From Octopus bimaculoides (taxonomy: Eukaryota), in NCBI RefSeq assembly GCF_001194135.2, contig NC_068981.1, positions 87,913,844-87,977,843 on the forward strand: 64,000 nucleotides of DNA, read 5' to 3'. Below the pieces are notes generated by a model, which saw only the letters and a list, made by a program, of their open reading frames with translations, was not told where the DNA came from and searched no databases. Both the position numbers and the translations under genes were made by a program. Shown here one piece after another: positions 50,741 to 63,005 of this stretch. Within the stretch, counting starts at the first letter, position 1. Every line of letters starts with the position of its first letter.

Positions 50741-50989
50741 AAGTTGCCCAGAATCCCTAAAGATGTAAGTTCTTACTACTCTGTGGTGTGAACATTAACT
50801 CAAGGCAGTTTGGCCCAGATCGTGAGTAGCAGAGAGAGAGAGTGCTGACAGAAGAACCAGAATGAGTAGGTGAAGGGAACAAGAGTAATAATAGAAACAG
50901 AATGACTGACAAAAGAGGATGGTAGAAAGGAGAGTGGATAACAATTACAAATGGCTTGGAATAGGAAATGATGACTGGCAGTACAAGGT

Positions 50990-51470
50990 AAGGAGGCATG
51001 TGGCTCAGTAGTTAAGGGTGTTGCACTCAAGATCATAAGATTGTGGTTTCAATTCTTGGAGTGGGTGATACATTGTGTTCTAGAGCAAAACACTTCATGT
51101 TGTTCCAGTCTGCTCAGTTTGCAAAAATTAGTATGAATCAAATGAGAATGTTTTAAATGAATTCAAAGGGAGGTGGAGATTTTGCTTCACTGTAGAGAAA
51201 GTGGTTGAAGTTATTTATTATTGCACTCATGATATAGTGATTGTGGGTTCAATTTCCAGACTGGCCAGCGTATTGTGTTCTTGAGTAAAATAATTCATTT
51301 CATATTGCTCCAGTCCATTCAGCTGTAAATGGGTAACTCTGTGATGGACTCGACTTCCAATCAGGGGCAATGTTGGTGGATTGCCTAGTTGTAAGGTGGC
51401 ATCATTTGAAAGCTAAAATGATGCAAAGTGCATTGTGACCAGTGATATATAACATCTGATAGTTTGGTGA
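50990..51470 (+). mobile_element. Two adjacent tRNA-derived SINE copies of a further family (related copy ~26990-27230 on -)
   Basis: TGGCTCAGTAGTTAAG A-box-like head; shared TTGTGTTCTTGAGYAA...TTGCTCCAGTCC core. Confidence 0.6.
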
Positions 51471-51911
51471 TATTGCAAATTAGAGTATTATAAGGCTTGA
51501 ATTGTAATTAAAGGTTGACTTTGTTATAATGCATTTGAAAGTTAGTTGTGTGTTCCACTTTCCAGGCTTGTTATTTCCAAGTAGTGACTGAGCACAATTT
51601 TTTGCATTCCAAACAAGTGTTAATCTGTCCAAAGTTTAAAAAAAAACAAACAAGAACACTGGAACATTTACTGCTGTCGTGACTATACAGGAAGAAGAAT
51701 CAAAAATTATGAAGACCAAGTTGACTGGGACTTCATATTTCACATATCAGCTTATTTACTCAATGAACTATTGCCTACAATATTATATTAGCAAACAATC
51801 ATTTTCATTTGCATTAACCACGAATGAGATTCTTATGGAAAATTTATAAATATAGACATGGAGATCTTTCTTTCTCCTGAGATATATGCTTCAAATATTT
51901 TTAGAAACTGT

Positions 51912-52426
51912 GGACACTAAATTCCGCTTGCGAAGACCTGTTGAGGCAAGTGAAATCGAAATCTAACTAAATTCGACGACTGGCCCCCATGCCAACGTCT
52001 CCTTCATTGGACACTAAACTCGGCTTGCGAAGACCTGTTGGGGCAAACGAAATCGTGAGGGCACCACCGTTTGAGCGTGATTGTTACCAGTGTCGCCTTC
52101 CTGGCACTTGTGCCGGGGGCACGTGAAAAATCATTCGAGTGAGATCATTGCCAGTGCCGCTGGACTGGCTCCTGTGCAGGTGGCATGTAAAATACACCAT
52201 TTTGAGCATGGACGTTGCCAGTACTGCCTGACTGGACTTCGTGTCGGTGGCACGTAAAAGCACTCACTACACTCTCGGAGTGTTTGGCGTTAGGAAGGGC
52301 ATCCAACTGTAGAAACTCTGCCAAATCAGATTGGAGCCTGGTGTAGCCATCTGGTTCACCAGTCCTCAGTCAAATCGTCCAACCCATGCTAGCATGGAAA
52401 GCGGACGTTAAACGATGATGATGATG
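51912..52426 (+). mobile_element. Long copy of the (GAT)n-tailed SINE-like repeat
   Basis: Ends GGAAGGGCATCC...CATGCTAGCATGGAAAGCGGACGTTAAAC(GAT)n. Related copies at about 385-650, 3012-3252, 23925-24075, 24890-25100, 26140-26370, 32112-32273, 35235-35400, 48990-49520, 53771-53958. Confidence 0.85.
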
Positions 52427-54695
52427 CATCCATATTTAGCATGCTTATTTAGTGAATTAAATTAAACTCCACATGACTTATTAACTTTTATTAGAATAAC
52501 ATTGTTAGTCAATCCACTTCCAAGCTACCTGAAACTATGTTGAGGTATTGTTTTTTTCTTGATCTTATAGTGACCTATATCCAATAAGCATTTTTATCTG
52601 GTGTATTTCTTTTCTCTACTCCCTCCAAAACTTCCCATTTCATCAATCCTTTTACTAACCTGACTACTGAATCTGTTTTTTTATCGATAACCATTTATTT
52701 AGTTTTCTGTTTAAAATGAAAAAAAAAATCTACTTGTAGAAATTTTTAACATTTCATAAAATCCATCATACACATCCAAGCTTTTGATGTGGCTTTGTTC
52801 CCTATAAAAACACTAGCAGGCAAAGATTCCTTCACTGATAGAACAAGCCAATATGTGAAACTTGAAATCCCAGTTAGTTTGATCTCTGCCTGCCTGTCAT
52901 TTGTTTGACAAACTGTATGGAAGCCTATTGAGTGTGTGTGTGTGTGTATACAAATGTTGACATTCCATAGCTTCACTTGTCACCACCTAAACAAAATGGT
53001 GACAATAGAACTGATCGTTCAGCACTTTTGAAATAAAAAAATATTTTATTTGATAAGCAGCTAAAGGTTGGTTACAGGAAGGATATCCAGCTTTAACTTC
53101 CTTCCATAAATAAAAAGTTCCCATCAAATCTATGCTGTGCTAGGAAAACAAACATTAAATGATTGTTCATCACGTGTTCTTACACAGATAGTGAAATACA
53201 AGTTGAAAATGGACACTAACAAATACACAAAAATGTGACAAGTTTTGAGTCACAATAAAAGCAAGCTATATTGAAAACATAGCAAGTGTATTGATATTTT
53301 TGTTTATAAAGTGAAATGGTATGATTTTGTGTTGTAGAAAATAGTGTTATATATGTCTGATAGAAAATGTGTCATTTTTTTTTCTCATTAAACTTAGATA
53401 TGTCTTGTTATTTAAGACAAATGTGAATGAACGAATGACTTTTCTTGGCTTTCAGAAAAAATTTTTTGATTTTTGCTTTAAGTAGCCAAAGTGGCTGCCT
53501 GAGTACAAGTCACTGACTGTACTCTAGCAGCCATTAATATAAAATTGGTGCCAAACTAAAAATGTCCACTTGTTGCAATGAAAGAATTGATACATGTTTA
53601 ATGATAAAATCACCTGGCATATGCTGTGTATGATACAGTATACATTTAAGGGCTAAATCATTTTTAGCTAGGCTGAATGGTGGCAGTTGTGACTTAGGCT
53701 ACATATCTCATCAACCTGCATTCTTCAGTGGACAAGTAAACATTTTCCTTTTTTCTTAGAACTGAGAATTCATCATCATTTAACGTCTGTTTTCCATACT
53801 GGCATGGGTTGGCGGTTTGGCTGGAGCTACCTGGGTTCCATGTCTGTTTTGGCATGGTTTCTACACCAGGATGCCTTCCTAACACCAACCACTTTCCAGT
53901 GTGTACTGAGTGCTTATATATAGCACTGGCAGGGGTGCTTTTTACATGACACCAGCACTTATGAGCTTGCAAGATTAGGATTTTACATAGCTTGATGTAT
54001 TTTCTGAAGCACAGCAAACTACCAGGAGCCTTATGTGAACTATATTGTGGTTGTGTAGGAGATGCTTTTAGTATCTGTTGCTTCTTCCATTTAGGAAACT
54101 GTAGGCATTTGTAGTTTAAAATTTTGCACCTGGAGAAGCCTACACTTTTTATGAAGTAAAAAGTGAAAAAAATCTGGTAATATAAGTTAATTGTAAATGA
54201 GATTTGATGTTTTTTTTACAATACTGAATATTATTCTTCCCTAACCAAAATAGATAAGGAAAACAAAGAATTGGATATGTGATGTTACAACATTACATAT
54301 TCAATGAAATTAGCAAGCTAGATGAAATAAAACCATGATACATACTCCTTGTCCAATAGTTTCTTACAATCTTATTTTTATTATGGCTTCATGCATGTTC
54401 ACCTATATCAGTTGACTGTCAAATATGTTATCTCAGTAGCTTGTTTTCTAACCTCTTGTTATGCTAATTCACTTGAAAATGTCTTTGATTATTTGATTTA
54501 AAAATTGATGGTTTTTAAACCCTTTGTATTTTAATGAAAACTTTCCATCAAAATTCTGTTAGAACCAAACACCAGCTTAACATCAGCATGGATTCTGGTC
54601 CATAACATTTTAAAATTTTAATTTATAATAATTATAAAATAATAATCTGTATCATGATTATCATCAATGTATTTATTATATAATCTCAATACAAG

Positions 54696-54784
54696 GTTAC
54701 TTGGAGATGGGGACACTACAACAATTAATTCTGAAGGAGAATCTGACGATTCTTTGACCGAAGAAAGTGTTTCAGATTATGAAG
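54696..54784 (+). CDS. TTLL4: TTLL4 exon (acidic linker)
   Basis: LLGDGDTTTINSEGESDDSLTEESVSDYE; acaag acceptor, G|gtaaat donor; phases fit both neighbours. Confidence 0.75.
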
Positions 54785-54855
54785 GTAAATTCTTTTGTAG
54801 TCCTCTTTCTGTAAAATCTCATATATATATATCGTATATTTTTCATGTAATTTGT

Positions 54856-55065
54856 TTAACCTGTTACCATTTAAACTGGCCGTGTCTGGCCAAAATATTC
54901 TAGTTTTATGTTCAAACTGGCCAGATCTGATCTTTTACACAATATTATTCTAGAAATAATAATCATACCATTGAAATCACATTATGAGATAATGCATGTC
55001 TAATTCAAATGAATGTGAATAAATAAGCATTACATTTGAGAGTAATCTAAATGTTAAAGGGTTAA
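54856..55065. mobile_element. piggyBac-like MITE, TTAA-CC...GGG-TTAA (copies 16827-17128, 24379-24829, ~46925-47105, 60237-60434)
   Basis: TTAA at 54856-54859 and 55062-55065; family termini CCCTTTAGCATT / AATGCTAAAGGG; shared internal TTCAAACTGGCC motif. Confidence 0.65.
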
Positions 55066-55618
55066 AACAATTTTTCCGTACTTTATAAACTTATTCCTTT
55101 ATTATAAAATAATACAGCTTTGGAGGAAGTAATACTATGTATCTAATATATACACTTCTGTGTTGAAGTTGACTATAGAGAAAGTTTATTAGCTAAAGAA
55201 AAGAGTGTTGGATGTTAAAGCAGTTGATGCTTTTGGTAACAAAGGGTTTCTCTCTGTGTGTAAAAGGTAAAGTGAATGCAGTATGAATAACATTTAATGC
55301 AACATAGCTGTGAGGCTTAAACATTAAATATCAAAGATTGAAGGAGGTTGAAGAAGAGAAACAATCTGTGATCTGTTGGATGTGCAGTGTCAACCTACAT
55401 CAAAGCTCTATAGTGCAAGAGAATGGAGAGAACAATTGGTTGTTAAAGGGTCCTGCCAGCATGTACAACAGAACCAGTTGCTATAGTATGGACAATATCT
55501 TGTTGAAAAAAGTGTTGTATGCTAACTTTGGTGGGTAGTGTAAGACCATAGCAAGAAATGATAGTTAGGTCTTAGAATCTCATGGACAAGATTGAATTGC
55601 ATGACATAAAAGATATTC

Positions 55619-55655
<37 letters not shown>

Positions 55656-55759
55656 AACATGAAAATGGCAGTGATATGTGTAATTTTAATGTTTTAATGC
55701 TTATTTTTTTTTTTCTTCAAAGCTGTTTTAAACCTTTTAAAATTCTGTTTTTATTTTAG

Positions 55760-55942
55760 AATATGAAGTCAGTAGCTGTAGCCTTCTATCTAAGCAATTA
55801 CTAAGTTCTGACTCGCACCCTAGCCAGGAAAAAATGTACTCTTCATCACCTGCACCAGCTATTACTTTGTGTTCAGCTCTTACTCCCAGCTTATTCCCGA
55901 ATGTACCACCAACTATAAATTTTGTTTACAGCGGATGTAAAG
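55760..55942 (+). CDS. TTLL4: TTLL4 exon
   Basis: ...SALTPSLFPNVPPTINFVYSGCK contains the TTLL4 motif SLFPNVPPTI; ttttag acceptor, G|gtacag donor. Confidence 0.92.
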
Positions 55943-56184
55943 GTACAGCTTATTTTTGATAACTTATATTCACATCATTCTTTTTATCTTTAAGAAATTA
56001 ACAAATCTTTAACTTCAAAATAGCATAAAAACAAACAAGCATTTAAAGAAAATCTACATGCATACACTTGTTTATAGTATATAGATATAATAATTATGAT
56101 ATAATTTTTTAAAATAAAGGTCAGACCATGTTGTACATCATCATCATTGGTATAGTAGATGTTTTATTTTGTTTACTTTTTCAG

Positions 56185-56295
56185 TTGAAAGTCTCTCTTT
56201 GGAGATGAATCGCCTTTTGCGCTGGCGTCTGAGTCCCATCACACCCCTTGTGGTAAAATCAGCTTTAGTCAGAGCTCGCTTTAAATTGACAAACA
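56185..56295 (+). CDS. TTLL4: TTLL4 exon (start of TTL domain)
   Basis: VESLSLEMNRLLRWRLSPITPLVVKSALVRARFKLTN resembles TTLL4 LLRWKMSTVTPNIVK; tttcag and gtaag sites. Confidence 0.93.
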
Positions 56296-57408
56296 GTAAG
56301 ACTTCATTATTTTGTTAATTTAGTTATGCTTTATAATTTGCTTGATATGATTGAAAAGGTGTCATTAATTTGCAAGCCATTGCTTTTTTTTTTTTTTTTA
56401 AAGTTGTAGTATATACCCGTATTTAAGGCCACAAACTGGCAGAATTTTCAGCATGCTGAGCAAAATGCTTAGTGGTATTTTGGCTGTCTTTTTGTTCTGA
56501 GTTCAAATTCTGCTTAGATTGATTTTGCCTTTCATCCTTTTCAGGGTTGATAAAATGAACACTTGTTGATCATTGGGATTGATGTAATTGACTAGTCCCT
56601 CTCCAACCAAACTGTTTCCTTGTGTCAAAATTTGAAACCAATATATATCTGTATATTATGCATGTATATATGTAAAATAGTTGCAGTAATAAGTTACTTT
56701 TTTCTTTCACAATATTGTTGATAGTATCAGAAAGGACACCAAGCTATAAAAATAAATGTTCCAACATGTTAGTGTCAATAACTCATACTCTAGGTAGATA
56801 TACCATCAGATCTATAATCAGAAGAGCTGTAGATACAATGGCAGAGGTAAACTTCCTGATAATCAATCATTCATGTCTGACTGCTAGTTAATCTGAAACA
56901 AATAGTTTTATCCTAAGATGTAATAAAATGTCGACAGTGAATTTGTACTGATAAGCATGGTAACTTAGCTACTTAATCATCTTGCCTTAATACTTGAACA
57001 ATGTACAAATATAAAATAATCTCACACATAGCTGTTCTTTCATAATTGTGTGTATGTGTATATATATATTATGCATATCATTTTTCATACTTACATGAGT
57101 GAATTGGGTAAAACTTAAGTACAGATTTTCTATGCCTGGATGCTCTTTCTGTTGCCAACCTTCACCTTTTTACAAGCATGGTAGTGTTTCTCCCTTCTAT
57201 TTTTTGAAAAACAAACAACTCATTGGCTGGGCATGTTTCTTGTGGTAGATTATAAAAAAATGGACAACATTTGTGTGAATAGTGATAATGAGTGCGCAAA
57301 TATCAAAACAAGGAGAAAACACACATTCACTCACTCATGCATGTACACATACGTGTGTGTGTTCATATGTACATGTGTTTGTATGTATATTTGTACATAT
57401 ATATGCAT

Positions 57409-57444
<36 letters not shown>

Positions 57445-58514
57445 GCAGGTTTAGAAATTTGCTTCCTATTCACATGGGTTTCAGGTTCAGTCCTACTGAA
57501 TACCTCATGCCTCCTTGAATGTCTTCTCTTTCAGCCTCAGGTGGATCTTGTGAGTGAATTTGCTAAATGGGGAATGGTGTGTGTGTGTTACTGTCTCCTT
57601 GTCTTGACATCATGTGATGATTATGAGTGTTTGCTGTCACATAAGCAGTGTCGTTCATTTTTGATTTTGTCTTGCCACGAAGAAATATTATCTTGCCACG
57701 AAGAAATATTATCTTACTTGGAAACAGGTGAGAATTGGTGTCAGGAATGGGTTCTGGCTGTAGAGAATCTGCCTCAACTAACTTGTGTACCTATGAGCTC
57801 TTGTATAGCTAAGATATAATTCTTTTAACTAAAAATCAGTTGAATTCTTAAAAGAACAGTTGCAAACATTTAAGTTGGGTTACGAATTGAGAGATCTAAA
57901 AATCAACTTTGATCACACAAAGGTTTTAATTACCAGAAATGAAAACCAATTACTACTATCAATGGGAGGTGATCTTAAGAAGCAGAAAGGGAGTTGGTAG
58001 GGTCTTCCTGTATGGCATTCCCAGTGTAATCAATGGCTGTATAAACTGGGCACAGCTGTGGTTATGTGGTTAAGCTCACAAGACAACCATGTAGTTCTAT
58101 ATTTAATGCCATATGATATTTTAAATGAAGAATTTTTATATTTTTGTAAAGTTGGTATGCAGTTTCAAATACTATGGAAGTTAAAAAAAATCATTTTTTT
58201 TCTAACTACTTCACATTTAAATTTCTCTGTATTTATAAAATGTTCAGGTATTATACTGATGTTTAAAAGAAAGATATGCACACACACATGCATATAAATA
58301 TAATTGCATACAAAAAGAACTACATAAAATGTTTTTACAAATTAAGTCATTTCGCTTAACAAAAAGGGATATAAGCAGTTAGTTGAATGACCAAGTGCTA
58401 CCTCCAAAACCATCGAAGTTTGTACCTTATCAGCTTAACTGTTGTACATTTACTGTTGTATTTTTTCAATCATTTTCAATGTTTTATTTTTATGTTATAT
58501 TTATATCTTGTCAG

Positions 58515-58591
58515 AACATTATGATTGGATTGGTTGTTTTGGAAAACATATGAAAAGCCAAGCTTTTAGAGTTCTCCGGGATTTTCAAAAA
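58515..58591 (+). CDS. TTLL4: TTLL4 exon
   Basis: KHYDWIGCFGKHMKSQAFRVLRDFQK resembles DWLGCWGHHMKSPSFRSIREHQK; cttgtcag and gtaaga sites. Confidence 0.95.
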
Positions 58592-59639
58592 GTAAGATTT
58601 TGTGTAAACTTGTGAATATTTTACTTTCATCATTTTTTTGCATTTTTCTATGGTTTATTTCCATCAACTGTAATCTTTGTTGATATCTGAAACGGGAAAA
58701 ACTTTTATGTACAATGCATTGTTTTAATATTACATTGTGTGCAAGTTTAGAAGATTTTTGCCTATTACCTTCTGTTAATGTTCACTTATAATAAAATTGT
58801 ACTACATTTGCTGTGTGAAGAATTAGCATATGAATTTTAGAGAGGAATTTTCTTTGTAAAGTTTAATTTTGATAAAATGTTAAAGATAGGAGGACTAACT
58901 GCTAATGAAGTTCAAACACTCAGCGGATTTAAATATATGATACAAGTCAATAATTCACAAAAAAAGTCTTTGTTATTGCTGGATTCAAATGTGATGAAAG
59001 CATGAATTTAATAGCATATGCAATTAATAAATAGTAAATATGACTCAACCAAAATGTGTGTTTTGTTAATTTCTTTGTTGAGAGAAAGTAGAAGACAGAC
59101 TGTCACAACTCTGGCAAAGAATGGTTGACTAAAGTCACTAGTATGGGATTTAGGTGGTAAGCAAGGATGACGAGAGGAAGCAGATAGAATTGGATTAAGG
59201 TGGTACGCAGTTTGCTAGTTCGGGGTTGAGATAATGTAGATATGATAGAATAGAAAAGCAGGGGGAAGAAACCGTTCACCTGTTGTCTATAGTTACTGAG
59301 CTCCTAACTACCATTCAGCTACTGATCAGATTTTAATATTTTGTGACTTTAAAGATAAATCTTGGTCTTAGTGTACCAGTTGCTAGAAGGGCTTATCAGA
59401 AATTATCAAGTCTCTTGTGTATTGTCTATGCATAGGGTGTGGAGGTATGAGATATTGATATGGGTGTAGCTATTCTGTTTTAGGTTAGGTTTACTAGTGA
59501 AGGAGCATTGTTGTCAAGTGCCTATTATTGTATGTAGAAATTTGTAGAAATTTTACAATTATGATTGATAATATTTATTTTAATATTTGTTTCACTCTCC
59601 TAAAAGATTAAGTATACTTTCATTTTACAACTCTTGCAG

Positions 59640-59834
59640 CTTAATCACTTTCCTGGATCCTTTCAAATAGGCCGCAAAGATAAACTGTGGAGAAATTTAT
59701 CTAAACTGCAGTCACATTTTGGAAAAAAAGAATATGGATTTTTTCCACAAACCTTCATTCTTCCCACTGACCTGAAAGTTTTCAAGAAAAACTGGGATGA
59801 TGGTGGAAATCGAGTAAAATGGATAATTAAACCT
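59640..59834 (+). CDS. TTLL4: TTLL4 exon
   Basis: LNHFPGSFQIGRKDKLWRNLSKLQSHFGKKEYGFFPQTFILPTDLKVFKKNWDDGGNRVKWIIKP, diagnostic of TTLL4 rather than TTLL5; ttgcag and gtaagt sites. Confidence 0.97.
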
Positions 59835-60752
59835 GTAAGTGGCTTATATCCCTCCTTTGAACCAATTGTTAACAACTGGAAATGTCGTTTTCTGATGCAT
59901 GCATTTGAAAGTAAACTCTAAAGGTAGGGAATTATCTCTGCAGTTTGTTCAGTAGAAATATATCTACTCTTTTACAAAACTAAATTCCTTTGCATCTTAG
60001 CTATGACACTTTTCCCCCATTTTTATGATTTCGTTTGTTAACTTCATACTTACGGATTTTTCTTTTGATTCTCATATATTTGTGGCTGCTTATGATAATA
60101 ACACCATTGTCCTTGTTGCTGTTTAGCTCCAGCTAAGCTATGGTTAAAAGCCTGTATGTAAAGACATTCTTCCATTTTTTTTTTGTTTAGAAGTTTATGT
60201 TCAGCTTAATGATTCATTTCTGCAATTTTGCTTTATCCTTTTAGCATTTAAACCAGCCTTATCTGGCCCAAAATGTCCTACCTGTTTTATGTTCAAACTG
60301 GCTAGCTCTAGCTTTTTACACATACCCAACAATGTCATTCAAATCATAAACAGTCTCATCATTGCATGATTAATTCAAAACAATATGAATAAGTATTACA
60401 AATGACAAGTGTAATCTGAATGCCAAAGGGTTAAACAAACTAAGAAAACAAAATCTAACAATTTCATTTCCTTGGAAAGACTGTGGCTAGGTTCAGTCTC
60501 TTCTAAAAAAATCACAAAGAAAAACAATTTTCAAATTCTCTCTCTAGGTACAAATTCATTTTCTTCATCGCTTTCAGAACTGTTGTGAGAATCGCTTGTT
60601 TCATTTTTAAAAACCAAAATATCTGATTTACAATAATACATGTTGTTTTTGTTTGCTGTATATTTTGCTAGATTTCTCCATGTCTTTCAAAAATCATTCA
60701 GATTTGCTACTTGATAACATGAAATTGATTTCCATTTTTTGACATGGAAAAA

Positions 60753-61290
60753 TCATCATCATCATCGTTTAACGTCCGCTTTCCATGCTAGCATGGCTTG
60801 GACGATTTGACTGAGGACTGGTGGACCAGATGGCTACACCAGGCTCCAATCTGATTTAGCAGAGTTTCTACAGCTGGATGCCCTTCCTAACGCCAACCAC
60901 TCCGAGAGTGTAGTGGGTGCTTTTATGTGCCACCGGCACGAAGGCCAGTCAGGTGGTACTGGCAACAGCCATGGTCAAAATGGTGTATTTTACATGCCAC
61001 CTGCACAGGAGCCAGTCCAGAGGCACTGGCAATGATCTCGCTCGAATGTCTTTATACGTGCCATCACGATTTCGCTTTCCCCAACAGGTCTTCGCAAGCC
61101 GAGTTTAGTGTCCAATGAAGGAGACGACATTGGCATGGGTGCCAGTCGTCAAATTTAGTTCGGTTTTGATTTCACTTGTCTCAACAGGTCTTCACAAGTG
61201 GAGTTTAGTGTCCAATGAAAGAAGGTACGCATAAGTGGGCTGGCTACACCCCTGGCAGAGGCCTTGGATTTAGGTCTCACCCGGCTTGCC
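60753..61290 (-). mobile_element. Long copy of the (GAT)n-tailed SINE-like repeat, inverted relative to 51912-52426
   Basis: Reverse complement aligns by eye over about 460 bp, including the internal GGACACTAAA...GAAGACCTGTTG duplication. Confidence 0.85.
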
Positions 61291-61434
61291 CTTTTTTTTA
61301 CTGAAATCTTATATCACTTCCCATATAAAGCTTGTTACCAAAATAATTTAAGGTTTTTGTTTTGTTTTTAACATTTGTTCTGAACTGTTATTCTTTAATT
61401 TTTCTATAATTTGTAACTTGGTAATTTTTTTCAG

Positions 61435-61517
61435 CCAGCATCTGCTCGAGGTAAAGGTATCAGAGTTATTTATAAATGGAGCCAAATACCTAAAAGAAGA
61501 CCCATAATAGTTCAAAG
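61435..61517 (+). CDS. TTLL4: TTLL4 exon (PASARG loop)
   Basis: PASARGKGIRVIYKWSQIPKRRPIIVQ(R); ttttcag and gtaaat sites. Confidence 0.97.
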
Positions 61518-61606
61518 GTAAATATAAATTATGATTTATAGATGGGGTGGTGGTGAATAAAAGAGTATTTCATCTGGTTTATATGCTTTCAATTTCTATT
61601 ATTTAG

Positions 61607-61735
61607 GTATCTGTCTCGGCCGTTCCTTATTAATAGTAGTAAGTTTGATATTCGTCTTTACATTCTGGTAAGCTCTTTCGACCCACTTCGAATATACCTG
61701 TATGATGATGGCCTGGTTCGATTTGCATCTTGCAA
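61607..61735 (+). CDS. TTLL4: TTLL4 exon (KFDxRxY ATP-grasp motif)
   Basis: YLSRPFLINSSKFDIRLYILVSSFDPLRIYLYDDGLVRFASC(K); follows an 89-nt intron; gtaagt donor. Confidence 0.97.
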
Positions 61736-62885
61736 GTAAGTACACAATTTAAACTTCACTAAAAATTTTATATCTTCTCAAATATTTTTGTTAAATGAGT
61801 TTAAGTTTACTAATTAGTGTTATTGTTTATTTAAAAACAAATATCAGGGTTAGTTAGAATTAATCAAGCTTTCTTCTATGTGGGGGACAATTTTCACATC
61901 ACAAGCCTGGGCCTTTATTACTCTGCATGTACATAATATAACAGTTTAAATTTTGGCACAGGGCCAGCAATTTCAAGGGAGGGACGGGGAAGTTGATAAC
62001 ATCGACCCTGGTGTTATTGACCTCAAAAGGATGAAAAGCTAAGTTGACTTTGGCAGAATTTGAATGTAGAATGTTAAAGACTTGACAAAATGCCACTAAG
62101 CATTTTACCTAGTGTGTTAATGATTCTGCCAGCTCACCTCCTTTGAATGTACAACATAATATAACTGATCTTGTGTCAGGTCTGTTGAAGACTATTCAAT
62201 CTGTTTAATGATAATTTTTTACTGCTATCAATCTCTACTGAATTTTGTTAATAGTGATGTAGTTGTGCAAATAATGTTTGTACTCAACTTCACATCGTGA
62301 TCTGGTTGTAAGCTTAGCAAAATAACAGGTGAAGTTAAGTATTTTCTGACTGTTTTCAGGTGCTAAATGACATTTTCAATTCCTATTTTTCTATATTTGC
62401 ATGAATAAGACAATTAGTTGCAACTGATTTTCTATAGCCAAATGCCAAAAGTTACCTGCATTTAAGCAAGGTGATATTTTCCCGTGGTTAGACATGTTTC
62501 CTAGAAGATTTTAAATGAAGGGTGCTGTTTGTATGATGGTAACACATGCTTACAGCTATTGCGTGATATCAAGGCAAAGAGGCACACTTTGCATGCAGGC
62601 ATGCATGCATGTGTGTGTGTGTATGTGCAATGGTTCTTTTTAGCTTCTGTCTGCCAAATACACTTACAAGACTGGTTAGTCTGGGGCTTAAGTAAAAGAA
62701 AACTTGTCTAAGTAGGACTGAACCAGAAACCATGTGGTTTGGGAAGAAAACTTAACATGACAATTAAAATTTAGATAAAATAATTGCCCTGGCTTTTTAG
62801 GTTACCCACTCTTAAAATATTTTGACAGAAATTATGAAGTGTCTCACACGATACATCATTTTTCAATAACCTTTTTTTCTTTTAG

Positions 62886-63005
62886 ATACACTACTGCTAC
62901 CAGTAGTTTGAACAACCGCTGCATACATCTCACTAATTATAGTATCAATAAGATGAATCCATCATACTTAAATAACATGGGAGACAATTTCCAAGGCCAT
63001 AAATG
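62886..63005 (+). CDS. TTLL4: TTLL4 exon (HLTNYS motif); gene continues beyond window
   Basis: YTTATSSLNNRCIHLTNYSINKMNPSYLNNMGDNFQGHK(W); ttttag acceptor, TG|gtttgt donor; no further exon recognised before 64000. Confidence 0.95.

Noticed and set aside
51935-52056. CTGTTGA...GAAA repeated twice (97-nt period) in the (GAT)n-tailed repeat, resembling a hammerhead core
   Set aside because: Could not build helix I and helix III with a valid NUH site in any permutation; the second copy has CTGTTGG.
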